This document shows, in pieces, positions 17,423 through 28,861 of a DNA stretch of 64,000 nt (its first letter is position 1; the number at the start of each line of letters is the position of its first letter). The translations under genes and the position numbers were made by a program. Below the pieces are notes generated by a model, which was not told the origin of the DNA, searched no databases, and saw only the letters and a program-made list of their open reading frames with translations. The stretch is from an uncultured Pelagibacteraceae bacterium (GTDB lineage Bacteria; Pseudomonadota; Alphaproteobacteria; Pelagibacterales; Pelagibacteraceae), in contig CABYCY010000004.1 of assembly GCA_902517615.1 (NCBI GenBank), forward strand, positions 18,041-82,040. Reading direction: 5' to 3'.

Positions 17423-18781
17423 ATGTTTGAAAATTTAACAAATAAATTTGAAGAAATATTTTCTTCTTTAAAAAAAGCACCTTCTCTTGATGAATCACAG
17501 GTAGATGAAGGCTTAAGAGCAATCAGGCAAGCTTTGCTTGAAGCGGATGTATCATTAGACGTAGCCAAAGATTTTATAGAAAAAGTTAAGCCAAAAGCAT
17601 TAGGACAAGAAATTATAAGATCAACCTCTCCTGGTGATATGGTTGTAAAAATTGTTTATGACGAACTTGTAAGTTTATTAGGAGCAACAAACAATGATGT
17701 AAATCTTAATGCTGTACCACCCGTTCCCATGATGTTAGTTGGGTTACAAGGTTCTGGTAAAACAACAACAACTGCAAAATTAGCCAAGTACCTAGAGAAT
17801 AATAAAAAGAAAAAAGTAATGATGGTCAGCTTGGATATTTATAGACCTGCTGCTCAAGAACAGCTTAGATCTCTTGGTGAACAAAATAGTATTTTAACTT
17901 TACCCATTATAGAGGGTCAACAACCAGCTGATATTTGCAGAAGAGCAATTAGCGCAGCTAATTTAAATGGTGCAGAAATAATTTTATTTGATACAGCTGG
18001 TAGAACCCAAATTGATTTGCAGATGATGAGTGAGATAAAGCAAATCGAGGGTGTAATTAATCCAACAGAAACTTTTTTAGTTGCAGATTCATTGACAGGT
18101 CAAGTCGCAGCCTCTGTTGCAAAAGAATTTAAAAATACGGTCAATCTTTCTGGAATTATTTTAACAAGAGCAGATGGTGATGCAAGAGGGGGAGCTGCTG
18201 TAAGTATGAAATATGTTTCTGAAGTTCCAATTAAATTTTTAGGAATAGGTGAAAAAATTGATAATCTTGAAGTTTTCCATCCTGATAGAATTGCAAATAG
18301 AATCCTTGGAATGGGAGATATCGTATCTCTTGTTGAAAAAGCAGCGCAAGACTTAGGGGAAGATAATATAAAAAAGGCTGAGGAAAATTTAAAAAAAGGC
18401 CAGTTTTCAATGGAGGATTATTTATCTCAATTAAGACAAATGAAAAAGATGGGAGGTATCGAAGGAATAATGTCTTTTATGCCTGGTGTATCAAAAATTA
18501 AATCACAAATGGATTCAGCTGGAATTGACGAAAGTATAATTAATAAAAATGAAGCTATAATTTTATCAATGACAAAAAAGGAAAGAGAGAACCCAAAAAT
18601 GATTGATGGTTCTAGAAAAAAAAGAATTGCTAATGGCTCTGGCACAGATCCAGCCACTATCAATAAATTGCTTAAGCAATTTAAAATGATGTCTGAAATG
18701 ATGAAAAAGATGTCAAAAGGAAATCTGAAAGGTATGTCTGATAAAGGTGTGCCGCCAGAGCTATTTAACCAATTAAAATAA
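17423..18781 (+). CDS. ffh: Signal recognition particle protein Ffh
   Basis: MFENLT start (ATG 17423; ORF-track extension from 17342 overlaps the leader RNA), GLQGSGKTTT, DTAGR, M domain (GMGD…QMKKMGG…SMT). Confidence 0.97.
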   Translation: MFENLTNKFEEIFSSLKKAPSLDESQVDEGLRAIRQALLEADVSLDVAKDFIEKVKPKALGQEIIRSTSPGDMVVKIVYDELVSLLGATNNDVNLNAVPPVPMMLVGLQGSGKTTTTAKLAKYLENNKKKKVMMVSLDIYRPAAQEQLRSLGEQNSILTLPIIEGQQPADICRRAISAANLNGAEIILFDTAGRTQIDLQMMSEIKQIEGVINPTETFLVADSLTGQVAASVAKEFKNTVNLSGIILTRADGDARGGAAVSMKYVSEVPIKFLGIGEKIDNLEVFHPDRIANRILGMGDIVSLVEKAAQDLGEDNIKKAEENLKKGQFSMEDYLSQLRQMKKMGGIEGIMSFMPGVSKIKSQMDSAGIDESIINKNEAIILSMTKKERENPKMIDGSRKKRIANGSGTDPATINKLLKQFKMMSEMMKKMSKGNLKGMSDKGVPPELFNQLK

Positions 18782-18795
18782 TATAAGGAGAACAA

Positions 18796-19197
18796 ATGTT
18801 AAAATTAAGGTTATCAAGAGGTGGAACAAAAAAGCGTCCAGTTTACAAGGTTGTTGTAGCTGATAGTCGTTTTGCAAGAGATGGAAGATTTATAGAAAAA
18901 CTTGGATTTTTTAATCCTTTGTTGCCAAAAGAAAAAAAAGAAAGAGTAGGCCTTGAGGCTGAAAGAATTAAATATTGGTTAGGTCAAGGCGCTAAACCAA
19001 CTACAAGAGTTGCAAGAATTCTTGGGGAGAATGAGTTAATGCCAATGCCTGTAAATGGAAATAATCCTAATAAAGCAGTTCCTAAAAAAGAGAGAAATAA
19101 AAAAGAAGAGGATGCTAAAAAAGCTCCAAAAGCAGAAGCAGCTCCTAAGGAAGAAGCTCCAAAAGCAGAAGCAGCTCCAGTAGAGGAAAAAAAATAA
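18796..19197 (+). CDS. rpsP: 30S ribosomal protein S16 with low-complexity C-terminal tail
   Basis: [37 protein letters not shown]; RBS AAGGAG. Confidence 0.97.
   Translation: MLKLRLSRGGTKKRPVYKVVVADSRFARDGRFIEKLGFFNPLLPKEKKERVGLEAERIKYWLGQGAKPTTRVARILGENELMPMPVNGNNPNKAVPKKERNKKEEDAKKAPKAEAAPKEEAPKAEAAPVEEKK
19121..19178 (+). repeat. 25-nt direct repeat (33-nt period) in the rpsP 3' end
   Basis: AAGCTCCAAAAGCAGAAGCAGCTCC at 19121-19145 and 19154-19178, encoding APKAEAAP twice. Confidence 0.9.
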
Positions 19198-19210
19198 TTT
19201 AAAATTATTT

Positions 19211-19897
19211 ATGTGGCAAGCTCAAGTTTTTACACTCTATCCAGATGTTTTTCCTGGTCCTTTATCTAAAGGTCTATACGGAAAAGCATTATCAAAAAAT
19301 TTATGGAGTTTAAAAGTGGTGAACATTAGAGATTCAGCTAAGGATAAACATAAAACTGTTGATGATACTCCATATGGTGGTGGATATGGCATGCTTTTAA
19401 AAGCAGATATTTTAGCAAAGTCATTAGATCAAAATAAAACTGAAGGTGAAAGAGTTTTGTATTTGTCACCTAAAGGAAAAAGATTTGATCAGAATTATGC
19501 TAAAGAATTAGCATCTGAAAAATCATTATCTCTAATTTGTGGTCATTTCGAAGGTGTTGATGAAAGAGTATTGTCTACAAGAAATATTGAAGAAGTAAGT
19601 ATTGGAGATTATGTATTATCAGGTGGAGAGTCAGCAGCCTATGTGGTTATAGATAGTATTCTTAGGCTTCTACCTGGGGTACTAGGAAATGATAATTCAA
19701 AAGTTGATGAAACCTTTGAAAATGGTTTGCTTGAGTATCCACAATACACAAAACCTCAAATTTGGGAGAAAAAAGCAGTTCCAAAGGTACTATTATCAGG
19801 AGATCATAGTAAAATTAAAGACTGGCGTTTATCACAATCTGAGGCTATAACACGCGTCCGAAGACCAGATTTATGGGAAAAATATAAGAAAAATTAA
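19211..19897 (+). CDS. trmD: tRNA (guanine37-N1)-methyltransferase
   Basis: [46 protein letters not shown]. Confidence 0.97.
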   Translation: MWQAQVFTLYPDVFPGPLSKGLYGKALSKNLWSLKVVNIRDSAKDKHKTVDDTPYGGGYGMLLKADILAKSLDQNKTEGERVLYLSPKGKRFDQNYAKELASEKSLSLICGHFEGVDERVLSTRNIEEVSIGDYVLSGGESAAYVVIDSILRLLPGVLGNDNSKVDETFENGLLEYPQYTKPQIWEKKAVPKVLLSGDHSKIKDWRLSQSEAITRVRRPDLWEKYKKN

Positions 19898-19913
19898 TTT
19901 GATAAATATTAAT

Positions 19914-20426
19914 ATGAAAACAATTGAAGAAATAAACCAATATAAGGTTAAAAAAATACTTTCAGAAAAAAAAATTCCTGAATTTTACCCTGGAGATGTT
20001 CTTAAAGTTGGTGTTAGAATTACAGAAGGTAAAAAAGAAAGAATTCAATATTTTGAAGGAGTATGTATTGCTAAAAAAAGTAGAGACTTAAATTCATCTT
20101 TTACTGTTAGAAAAATTTCATTTGGTGAAGGTGTTGAAAGAACTTTTCCTTTGTATGGAACACTTATTGATTCAATCAAAGTAATCAGATCTGGTAAAGT
20201 AAGAAGAGCAAAGCTTTATTATTTAAGAGACAGAACAGGTAAATCAGCAAGGATTGCAGAAAAAATTAGAAAGAAAATTGGTATTGATGTTGATGTAAAA
20301 CCAGAGACTGTTACTGAGGAAAATGTGGCTCCAGCAGAAGTAGCTCCAGCAGCAGAAGCTCCTAAAGCGGAAGCAGAAGCTAAAAAAGAAGAGCCTAAAT
20401 TAGAAAGCCCCACAGAAAAAAAATAA
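19914..20426 (+). CDS. rplS: 50S ribosomal protein L19 with Ala/Glu/Lys/Pro-rich tail
   Basis: [46 protein letters not shown]; ATG 19914 preferred to TTG 19899. Confidence 0.96.
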   Translation: MKTIEEINQYKVKKILSEKKIPEFYPGDVLKVGVRITEGKKERIQYFEGVCIAKKSRDLNSSFTVRKISFGEGVERTFPLYGTLIDSIKVIRSGKVRRAKLYYLRDRTGKSARIAEKIRKKIGIDVDVKPETVTEENVAPAEVAPAAEAPKAEAEAKKEEPKLESPTEKK

Positions 20427-20437
20427 TTTTTTTTTCA

Positions 20438-21841
20438 ATGTCTACAACACTTTACGATAAAATTTGGAAAGACCATCTAGTTGATCAACAAGATGATGGT
20501 ACAGCATTACTTTTTGTTGATAGACATTTAGTTCATGAAGTAACAAGTCCTCAAGCTTTTGAAGGTTTAAGAAATTCGAAAAGAAAAGTTAGACATCCAA
20601 ATTTAACTTTAGCTGTTGCAGACCATAATGTTCCTACAACAGACAGAACAAAAGGAATTTCCGATCAAGAGTCAAAAATTCAAGTTGATACATTAGAGGC
20701 AAATTGTAAAGAATTTGGTGTCCAATTATTTGGTATGGATGATAAAAGACAAGGCATTGTCCATATTATTGGACCAGAACAAGGTTTTACCCAACCAGGT
20801 ACAGTTATTGTTTGTGGAGATAGTCATACAGCAACACATGGTGCGTTTGGTGCATTAGCATTTGGAATAGGAACTTCAGAAGTTGAGCATGTTTTAGCTA
20901 CCCAAACTTTAGTTCAAAAAAAAGCAAAAAATTTTAGAATTAATGTTAATGGAAAACTTCCTTTAGGAGTTACCTCTAAAGATGTAATCCTTCAGATAAT
21001 TGGAAAAATTGGAACTGCAGGTGGAACAGGATGCGTAGTGGAATATGCGGGAGATTTAATCACATCTCTAAGTGTTGAGCAAAGAATGACTATTTGCAAC
21101 ATGACAATAGAAGGTGGTGCAAGAGCAGGATTGATCGCACCAGATGAAAAAATTTTTGAATATCTAAAAGGCAAACCAATGTCACCTAAAAGAGAAAATT
21201 GGGATAAAGCTATAGATTATTGGCAAAAATTAAAAACAGATTCTGATGCTAGTTTTGATAAAGAAATTAGTCTTAATGCTCCTGAGATTTTACCAATGAT
21301 TACTTGGGGGACTTCACCACAAGATGTAATTACAATTGATCAAAAAATTCCAAATCCCAATAATGAAAATGATGAAGATAAAAAAAATTCAATTGAAAGA
21401 GCACTAAAATATATGGGTTTAAAACCAGATATGGCCGCTACAGACATAAAAATAGACAAGGTATTTATTGGAAGTTGTACTAACGGTAGAATTGAGGATT
21501 TGAGAGAAGCTGCAAAAATTTTAAAAGATAAAAAGATATCTTCACATGTTAACGCCATGGTAGTTCCAGGTTCAGGTTTGGTTAAAGAGCAAGCTGAACA
21601 GGAAGGATTAGATAAAATATTTGTTAATTCAGGTTTTGAATGGAGAGAGCCAGGCTGCTCTATGTGTTTAGCAATGAATGCTGATAAATTAAAACCAGAG
21701 GAAAGATGCGCATCTACCTCAAATAGAAATTTTGAGGGAAGACAAGGAAGAGGAGGAAGAACTCATTTGGTTAGCCCTGGGATGGCTGCAGCCGCAGCAA
21801 TCTCTGGTAACTTGGATGATGTTAGAAAGTATCAAAATTAA
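20438..21841 (+). CDS. leuC: 3-isopropylmalate dehydratase large subunit
   Basis: [44 protein letters not shown]. Confidence 0.97.
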   Translation: MSTTLYDKIWKDHLVDQQDDGTALLFVDRHLVHEVTSPQAFEGLRNSKRKVRHPNLTLAVADHNVPTTDRTKGISDQESKIQVDTLEANCKEFGVQLFGMDDKRQGIVHIIGPEQGFTQPGTVIVCGDSHTATHGAFGALAFGIGTSEVEHVLATQTLVQKKAKNFRINVNGKLPLGVTSKDVILQIIGKIGTAGGTGCVVEYAGDLITSLSVEQRMTICNMTIEGGARAGLIAPDEKIFEYLKGKPMSPKRENWDKAIDYWQKLKTDSDASFDKEISLNAPEILPMITWGTSPQDVITIDQKIPNPNNENDEDKKNSIERALKYMGLKPDMAATDIKIDKVFIGSCTNGRIEDLREAAKILKDKKISSHVNAMVVPGSGLVKEQAEQEGLDKIFVNSGFEWREPGCSMCLAMNADKLKPEERCASTSNRNFEGRQGRGGRTHLVSPGMAAAAAISGNLDDVRKYQN

Positions 21842-22447
21842 ATGCAAAAATTCGATAAATTAAAAAGTATTCCTGCGTATCTGCCAATAGTTAATATCGA
21901 TACAGATATGATTATTCCAAAGCAGTTTTTAAAAACAATTAAAAGAACAGGGCTTGGAAAAAATCTATTTTTTGAAATGAGATATGATGATCAAGGAAAC
22001 GAAATAAATGATTTTGTATTAAATAAAGAGCCATTTAATAAATCTAATATCTTGATTGCTGGAAAAAATTTTGGGTGTGGATCATCAAGAGAGCATGCTC
22101 CTTGGGCTTTGTTAGATTTTGGAATAACTTGTGTCATTAGTTCTAGTTATGCAGATATTTTTTATAGCAACTGCTTTAAGAATGGAATTTTACCGATAAT
22201 ACTTGAAGAAGAAAAAATTAAAGAATTATCTGAATATGCCAATAGAAAAGAAGAGATATCTATTGATTTAAATGAGGAAAAAATTGTTTACGGAAATAAT
22301 GAAGTTGAATTTAAAATAGATCCATTTAAGAAAAAATGCTTGCTTGAAGGATTAGATGATATTGCTCTTTCATTAAAAAAATCAGATAAAATTGAAAATT
22401 TTGAAAATGATTTAAAAAATACTAAACCATGGATTTTTAATGATTAA
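21842..22447 (+). CDS. leuD: 3-isopropylmalate dehydratase small subunit
   Basis: [32 protein letters not shown]-like SYADIFYSN. Confidence 0.97.
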   Translation: MQKFDKLKSIPAYLPIVNIDTDMIIPKQFLKTIKRTGLGKNLFFEMRYDDQGNEINDFVLNKEPFNKSNILIAGKNFGCGSSREHAPWALLDFGITCVISSSYADIFYSNCFKNGILPIILEEEKIKELSEYANRKEEISIDLNEEKIVYGNNEVEFKIDPFKKKCLLEGLDDIALSLKKSDKIENFENDLKNTKPWIFND

Positions 22448-23546
22448 AGTAAAAAAGAGAAAAATACTTTTATTACCAGGAGATGGAATTGGTCCTGAAG
22501 TTATAGGTGAAGTTAAAAAGATTATTAATTGGTTTAATGATAAAAAATCTTTAGATTTTGAAATTGATGAAGATCTTGCTGGTGGTTGTTCATATGATAA
22601 GCACGGAACGCCTATAACTGATGAAGTGTTTTACAAAGCTTTGGAAAGTGAAGTAGTTATACTGGGTGCAGTTGGGGGACCTAAATGGGATAATTTAGAG
22701 TTTTCAAAAAAACCAGAAAGAGCTCTATTAAAACTTAGAAAAGAACTAAAATTGTTCGCAAATTTAAGACCTGCAATTTGTTTTGAACAATTGGTAGATG
22801 CATCAACACTTAAGCCCGAGATTGTGTCAGGTTTAGATATAATGATAGTGAGAGAGTTAACTGGTGGGATCTATTTTGGTGAGCCAAGAGGAATAAAACC
22901 AATTGATAATGGAGAGAGAAAAGGAATTAATACTCACACATATACTACTAGTGAAATTACTAGAGTAGCAAGAGTAGCTTTTGATTTAGCTAAAAAACGA
23001 TCTAACAAAGTAACCTCATGTGAAAAATCAAATGTAATGGAGGCTGGACAGCTTTGGAAAGAAGAGGTCCAAGAACTACATGATAAGGAATATAAAGATG
23101 TAGAATTAAGCCATATGCTTGCAGATAACTGTGCAATGCAGCTTTTAAGAAATCCAAAACAATTTGACGTTATAGTAACGGACAACTTGTTTGGAGATAT
23201 GCTTTCAGATCAAGCTTCAATGCTAACAGGTTCTTTAGGACTTCTTCCATCAGCTTCTTTAGGAGCAAAAAATAAAGATGGTCAAATGAGAGCAATGTAT
23301 GAGCCTATTCATGGCTCAGCACCCGATATTACAGGTAAAGGAATTGCAAATCCAATTGCATCAATTTTAAGTTTTGCAATGGCCTTAAGGTATTCATTAG
23401 ACCTTGATAATGAAGCTGATAGTCTAGAAAAAGCAGTTCAAGAAGTGCTAAATGACGGCTTAAGAACTAAAGATACATTATCTGAGGGAATGAAAGAGGC
23501 ATCGACTTCAGAGATGGGTGATGCGATAATTTCAAAATTGCAATAA
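22440..23546 (+). CDS. leuB: 3-isopropylmalate dehydrogenase
   Basis: [53 protein letters not shown]. Confidence 0.97.
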   Translation: MIKVKKRKILLLPGDGIGPEVIGEVKKIINWFNDKKSLDFEIDEDLAGGCSYDKHGTPITDEVFYKALESEVVILGAVGGPKWDNLEFSKKPERALLKLRKELKLFANLRPAICFEQLVDASTLKPEIVSGLDIMIVRELTGGIYFGEPRGIKPIDNGERKGINTHTYTTSEITRVARVAFDLAKKRSNKVTSCEKSNVMEAGQLWKEEVQELHDKEYKDVELSHMLADNCAMQLLRNPKQFDVIVTDNLFGDMLSDQASMLTGSLGLLPSASLGAKNKDGQMRAMYEPIHGSAPDITGKGIANPIASILSFAMALRYSLDLDNEADSLEKAVQEVLNDGLRTKDTLSEGMKEASTSEMGDAIISKLQ

Positions 23547-23566
23547 ATATAGAATTATTCTAAGGT
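23538..23566 (+). promoter_or_regulatory. Candidate leaderless promoter for dmdC with overlapping inverted repeat
   Basis: TTGCAA-N17-TAAGGT, 6 nt before ATG 23573; TAGAAT-T-ATTCTA at 23550-23562. Confidence 0.5.
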
Positions 23567-23572
23567 CCCAAA

Positions 23573-25336
23573 ATGCCAAGTTATACAGCTCCTTTAGATG
23601 ACATGTTATTTCTCTTTGAAAAATTAAGAGATAATAAAAATTATAATGAGCTAGAAAAATATAATGAAGTTAATTTAGATTTAGCAAAAGATATCTTAGA
23701 GGAAGCTGCAAAAATAAATCAAAATCTTTTATTACCACTTGCATTGGCTGGAGATGAAAATCCTGCTAAATTAGAAAATGGTGTTGTTAGAACCCCGCCA
23801 GGTTATAAAGAGGCTTATAACAAGTATATAGAAGACGGGTGGATATCGTTATCTTGTGATCCAAAATATGGTGGTCAGGGAATGCCTAAAACAATAAGTG
23901 CATTTTTCGATGAAATGTTATCTTCAACTTCACTTTCTTTTAAACTTTATAGTGAATTAACAATTGGTGCTTACAATTGTTTATTACATCACGCAAGTGA
24001 CGAGACTAAAGATAAATATCTTCCAAAAATGGTTGAAGGAAAATGGAGTGGAACAATGTGTTTAACAGAACCAGTTTGTGGAACTGATTTGGGAATGTTA
24101 AAAACTAAAGCTGAAGAACAAGCAGATGGTACTTTTAAAATTAGTGGGCAAAAAATATTCATTACTTCAGGCGATCATGATCTTACCGAAAATATTATAC
24201 ATTTAGTGATAGCTAGAGCCACCGACTCCCCTAAAGGAACAAAAGGAATAAGTTTGTTTCTTGTTCCTAAATTTATAGTAAATGAAGATGGATCTACAGG
24301 AACTAGAAATGGTGTGTCCACTGGTTCGGTAGAGCATAAAATGGGCATTAAAGGTTCAGCAACTTGTGTTTTAAATTTTGATGAAGCTACTGGATATTTG
24401 ATTGGAACAAAAAATAGAGGTTTAAATCAAATGTTCACAATGATGAATTTAGAAAGAATTTTGGTAGGCATTCAAGGTTTGGGAATATCTGAAATAGCTT
24501 ACCAGAATTCACTTGCATATGCTAAGGAGAGAAAACAAGGAAAAACAAATAATACTAAATCAACTAATGGGGCAGATTTTATAATTGAACACGCGGACAT
24601 TAGAAAATCTCTATTAAATATGAAATCAATTATTGAAGGTGAAAGAGCTTTATGTTTTTGGCTGTCGCAACAAACAGAAGTAAGTCTTAATCATCCTAAT
24701 GAAAAAGTAAAAAAAGAAGCATCTGATTATGTTTCACTAATGACACCAGTTGTAAAATCGTTATTTACAGATTTAGCAATGGAAATCACTAGCGATGCAA
24801 TGCAAATTCATGGAGGATATGGATTTACTAAAGATCAAGGAATTGAGCAATTGTATCGAGATAATAGAATTACTCCAATTTATGAAGGTACTAATTCAGT
24901 CCAAGCTGCCGATTTAGTATCTAGAAAACTTTTAAATAAAAATGGAAACATAATCGGTAAATTTTTAGAAATGATTAAAGAGGAAACAAATAGTAAAAAT
25001 GAAAAAGTAAAAATATTTACCAAGCAATTAAATTATTATTTAGATATTCTATCAAAGTTTACTGACTGGATTATTGATAAAAACAAAATAGATAAAGATG
25101 ATGTAAGCTCGGCAGCAAATGATTACTTAAAAACACTTGGATATGTTTCATTAGCATATTCATGGATTAAAATTTTAGAGGTAAGTTTTAAAGATTTAGA
25201 CTCAAATAAAAAATTTTATATTGATAAAATCAATACAGCTCAATTTTATTTTGAAAAAATATTACCTAGAGCTGAATATCATTACAAATCTGCAATTTCA
25301 GGAAGTTCTAATATAATGAAATTTAACTTCAATTAA
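23573..25336 (+). CDS. dmdC: Acyl-CoA dehydrogenase, 3-methylmercaptopropionyl-CoA dehydrogenase by context
   Basis: MPSYTAP start, GTMCLTEP, GQKIFIT, EHKMGIKGS, QIHGGYG, IYEGTN; same operon as dmdA. Confidence 0.85.
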   Translation: MPSYTAPLDDMLFLFEKLRDNKNYNELEKYNEVNLDLAKDILEEAAKINQNLLLPLALAGDENPAKLENGVVRTPPGYKEAYNKYIEDGWISLSCDPKYGGQGMPKTISAFFDEMLSSTSLSFKLYSELTIGAYNCLLHHASDETKDKYLPKMVEGKWSGTMCLTEPVCGTDLGMLKTKAEEQADGTFKISGQKIFITSGDHDLTENIIHLVIARATDSPKGTKGISLFLVPKFIVNEDGSTGTRNGVSTGSVEHKMGIKGSATCVLNFDEATGYLIGTKNRGLNQMFTMMNLERILVGIQGLGISEIAYQNSLAYAKERKQGKTNNTKSTNGADFIIEHADIRKSLLNMKSIIEGERALCFWLSQQTEVSLNHPNEKVKKEASDYVSLMTPVVKSLFTDLAMEITSDAMQIHGGYGFTKDQGIEQLYRDNRITPIYEGTNSVQAADLVSRKLLNKNGNIIGKFLEMIKEETNSKNEKVKIFTKQLNYYLDILSKFTDWIIDKNKIDKDDVSSAANDYLKTLGYVSLAYSWIKILEVSFKDLDSNKKFYIDKINTAQFYFEKILPRAEYHYKSAISGSSNIMKFNFN

Positions 25337-25338
25337 TT

Positions 25339-26955
25339 ATGAACCATTACGAAACAAATTTAGATAAAAATAAAGCTAATTATGTCCCTTTAACGCCACT
25401 AACTTTTTTAAAAAGAGCAAAAGAAATTTATCCTAATTATGAGGCTGTAATTTATGAAGATCGTAAATATACTTGGACAGAAGTCTATAAAAGAAGTGTT
25501 AAATTTGCGAGTGCACTTTCTAAAATTGGTATTAAGAAAGGTGATACAGTTTCATTTTTAGCTTTTAACACCCCAGAAATTTTTGAGGCACATTATTCGG
25601 TACCAATGATTGGTGCTGTATTAAATACAATTAACATTAGATTAGATGCTAATACAATTGCGTATATTTTAGAACATAGCGATGCAAAAGTTTTAGTTGT
25701 AGACAGGCAACTTCATATTGAAGTTAAAAAGGCATTAAAATCTATAGATAAAAAAATTATTACAATTGATATTGATGACAAGCATGCAGACCAATCAAAA
25801 TCCGAGAAAATTGGTGATTTAGAATATGAAAGTTTTTTAAATACGGGCGATGAAAATTATGATTGGCAAATGCCAGATGACGAATGGCAATCTATTTCAT
25901 TAAGTTATACTTCTGGGACCACAGGAAATCCAAAAGGAGTTGTTTATCATCATAGAGGAGCTTATTTAATGTCTACTGGAAGTTCAGTTGCATGGAATAT
26001 GCCAAATAGATTAAATTTCTTAACTGTAGTTCCAATGTTTCATTGTAATGGATGGTGTTATCCATGGACTATCCCTATGTTAAATGGAAGAACAATATGT
26101 TTGAGAAACATTGATATAAAAAAGATTTTTGAATTGATTGATAAATATGATGTAACTCATTTTGGAGGTGCACCTATAGTTTTAAATATGATTACAGGGG
26201 CGTCTGAGAATGATCAAAAAAAATTAAAACAAAAAGTATTTGTTTTAACTGCTGGAGCTCCTCCTCCAAGTATAATTTTCAAAAAAATGAAAGCACTTGG
26301 TTTTGAGGTGATGCATGTTTATGGATTAACAGAAACATATGGACATGTTACCCAATGCGCATGGAATGATGAATGGAATAATTATGATGAGGAAAGACAA
26401 AATGAAATTAAAGCAAGGCAAGGTGTTAGATATCCTAACACCGAAGGTGTATCTGTTTTAGATCCCGAAACAATGAGAGCAGTTCCTAAAGACGGGAAGA
26501 CAATTGGAGAGATAATGATAAGAGGGAACGTAGTAATGAAGGGGTACTTTAAAGACAAGGATGCTACAGATAAAGCTATGAAAGATGGATGGTTTCATAG
26601 TGGTGATTTAGCAGTCATGTATCCAGACGGATATGTCAAAATACAAGACAGATCGAAAGATATAATTATCTCAGGTGGAGAGAATATTTCTTCAATTGAA
26701 ATTGAAAATACTCTTTCTAAACATCCATCAGTTTCTATTGCTGCAGTTGTTGCTAAACCAGACGAAAAATGGGGAGAAGTTCCTTGTGCATTTATTGAAA
26801 TGGTTAAAAATAAATCTGTTTCGGAAAATGAATTAATCGATTTTTGTAAAGAAACTTTAGCAGGATTTAAAGTCCCAAAGAAAGTTGTCTTCTGTGAGTT
26901 ACCAAAAACCTCAACAGGAAAAATACAAAAATTTGAATTAAGAAAACAGGTTTAG
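25339..26955 (+). CDS. dmdB: Acyl-CoA synthetase, 3-methylmercaptopropionate-CoA ligase by context
   Basis: YTSGTTGNPKG, PMFHCNGW, YGLTET, GWFHSGD, DRSKDIIISGGENISS, PKTSTGKIQK; between dmdC and dmdA. Confidence 0.85.
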   Translation: MNHYETNLDKNKANYVPLTPLTFLKRAKEIYPNYEAVIYEDRKYTWTEVYKRSVKFASALSKIGIKKGDTVSFLAFNTPEIFEAHYSVPMIGAVLNTINIRLDANTIAYILEHSDAKVLVVDRQLHIEVKKALKSIDKKIITIDIDDKHADQSKSEKIGDLEYESFLNTGDENYDWQMPDDEWQSISLSYTSGTTGNPKGVVYHHRGAYLMSTGSSVAWNMPNRLNFLTVVPMFHCNGWCYPWTIPMLNGRTICLRNIDIKKIFELIDKYDVTHFGGAPIVLNMITGASENDQKKLKQKVFVLTAGAPPPSIIFKKMKALGFEVMHVYGLTETYGHVTQCAWNDEWNNYDEERQNEIKARQGVRYPNTEGVSVLDPETMRAVPKDGKTIGEIMIRGNVVMKGYFKDKDATDKAMKDGWFHSGDLAVMYPDGYVKIQDRSKDIIISGGENISSIEIENTLSKHPSVSIAAVVAKPDEKWGEVPCAFIEMVKNKSVSENELIDFCKETLAGFKVPKKVVFCELPKTSTGKIQKFELRKQV

Positions 26956-26963
26956 GTAATTTT

Positions 26964-27740
26964 TTGATTTTTCAATTAGAAAATAAAAGTATTTATGCGT
27001 CTGATGCAGGACAAGGCATAGATCAAAATAAAGAAACTATAGTATTTCTTCATGGAAGTGGCCTCTCACACATTGTTTGGTCTCTAACAGAACAGTTTTT
27101 TTCAAATAATAATTTTAATGTTTTATCTATTGATTTACCTGGACATGGAAATTCAGATGGTCCGTGCTTGGAAAGCATTGAAAAAATAGCTGATTGGCTA
27201 GAAAAAGTTTTTGATAAATTAAATTTAAATAATTTAATTTTAATTGGCCATTCTCAAGGATGTTTAGAGATAATTGAATATGCTCACAAATATAGGAATA
27301 GATTAAAAAAATTAGTTTTTGTTGGTGGCTCAAATAAAATGCCAGTTCATCCAGATTTAATAGACCTAGCAAAAAATGGAGACTCTGATGCAGTTAAATT
27401 AATGATGAAGTGGGGATTTACTGACTCAAAAAAATTTATTGGAGGCAATCCAATAGAAAAAATAATTCAGTCACCTAGAGATATAAGAGACATACTGGCT
27501 GTTGATCTGGTTGCATGTAATAATTACAAAAATGGTTCTGAAGCTGTAAAATCAATAGAATGTCCATCGATGTTAATTTTTGGATCTTTAGATAAGATGT
27601 TAAACTTAGAAGCTGGAAAAAAATTTTCTAGTTTAATCAGTAATTCATCAACCTATATAATAGAAGGTTGTGGTCATATGATTATGATTGAAAAAGCATT
27701 TGAAATGAGAGAGAAAGTTTTAGAATTTTTAAAATCATGA
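26964..27740 (+). CDS. Alpha/beta hydrolase of unknown function within the dmd cluster
   Basis: TTG start with AGGT RBS; FLHGSG, DLPGHG, GHSQG elbow, GCGHM. Confidence 0.85.
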   Translation: MIFQLENKSIYASDAGQGIDQNKETIVFLHGSGLSHIVWSLTEQFFSNNNFNVLSIDLPGHGNSDGPCLESIEKIADWLEKVFDKLNLNNLILIGHSQGCLEIIEYAHKYRNRLKKLVFVGGSNKMPVHPDLIDLAKNGDSDAVKLMMKWGFTDSKKFIGGNPIEKIIQSPRDIRDILAVDLVACNNYKNGSEAVKSIECPSMLIFGSLDKMLNLEAGKKFSSLISNSSTYIIEGCGHMIMIEKAFEMREKVLEFLKS

Positions 27741-28846
27741 AAAATTATTTAATTGCAAAATCAAGAAGACTTAGAAGCACACCATACACTTCTAGAATTG
27801 AGGAACAAGGCGTTACAGCTTATACAACTTATAACCATATGTTACTTCCTGCTGCTTTTGGTTCAATAGAGGACTCTTATCATCACTTAAAAGAGTATGT
27901 TCAAATTTGGGATGTAGCAGCTGAAAGACAAGTTGAAATTTCTGGAAAAGATTCTGCTAAATTAGTTCAGTTAATGACTTGCAGAGATTTATCAAAATCT
28001 AAGGATGGAAGATGTTATTATTGTCCAATTATAGACGACAATGCTGGACTAATTAATGATCCAGTTGTTTTAAAAATAAATGAAAACAAATGGTGGATTT
28101 CTATTGCTGATACCGACGTAATATTATTTGCAAAAGGACTAGCAATTGGAAATAAATTTGATGTAGAAATTATAGAACCCAATGTTGACATTATGGCCGT
28201 ACAAGGTCCGAAATCCTTTAAATTAATGGAAAAAGTGTTTGGAGATAAAATTACAAAACTAAAATTTTTTGGTTTTGATTATTTTGATTTTGGCGGTGCA
28301 AAGCATCTTATTGCACAATCAGGATGGTCCAAACAAGGTGGATATGAAGTTTATGTTCAGAATACTCAAGTTGGTTTAAGATTATATGATCATTTATTTG
28401 AAATTGGAAAAGAATTTAATGTTAAACCAGGGTGTCCTAATTTAATTGAACGTATCGAAAGTGGACTGTTATCCCATGGTAACGATATGGATAATGGAGA
28501 TAATCCTTATGAATGTGGTTTTGATAAATATGTAAATATAGATAGCGATGCCATATTTTTAGGAAAAGAAAAATTAAAAAAAATAAAATTTGATGGAATT
28601 AAAAAAAAATTAATGGGAGTTAAATTTGATATAGAAAAAATTAGTTTAACGGGATCTTTAAATTTAATGGATAATGAAAATAATATCATAGGAGAATTAA
28701 GATCAGCTTGTTATTCGCCTCATTTTAAAAAAGTGATTGGTATCGCTATGATGAAAAAACCACATTGGAATATAGACCAGGACCTAAAAGCTGAGATAAA
28801 TGGTGATATTTGTGGTGGTAAAGTTTGCGATTTACCTTTTATTTAG
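27737..28846 (+). CDS. dmdA: DMSP demethylase (GcvT family)
   Basis: 369 aa; [56 protein letters not shown]-terminal DLPFI, matching my recollection of Pelagibacter DmdA. Confidence 0.95.
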   Translation: MKNYLIAKSRRLRSTPYTSRIEEQGVTAYTTYNHMLLPAAFGSIEDSYHHLKEYVQIWDVAAERQVEISGKDSAKLVQLMTCRDLSKSKDGRCYYCPIIDDNAGLINDPVVLKINENKWWISIADTDVILFAKGLAIGNKFDVEIIEPNVDIMAVQGPKSFKLMEKVFGDKITKLKFFGFDYFDFGGAKHLIAQSGWSKQGGYEVYVQNTQVGLRLYDHLFEIGKEFNVKPGCPNLIERIESGLLSHGNDMDNGDNPYECGFDKYVNIDSDAIFLGKEKLKKIKFDGIKKKLMGVKFDIEKISLTGSLNLMDNENNIIGELRSACYSPHFKKVIGIAMMKKPHWNIDQDLKAEINGDICGGKVCDLPFI

Positions 28847-28861
28847 TATAACAGCTTTAAA

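Noticed and set aside
17278-17568. 96-aa minus-strand ORF, and the 27-aa N-terminal extension of Ffh from 17342
   Set aside because: Both overlap the structured ffh leader and ffh start; the conserved Ffh N-terminus begins at ATG 17423
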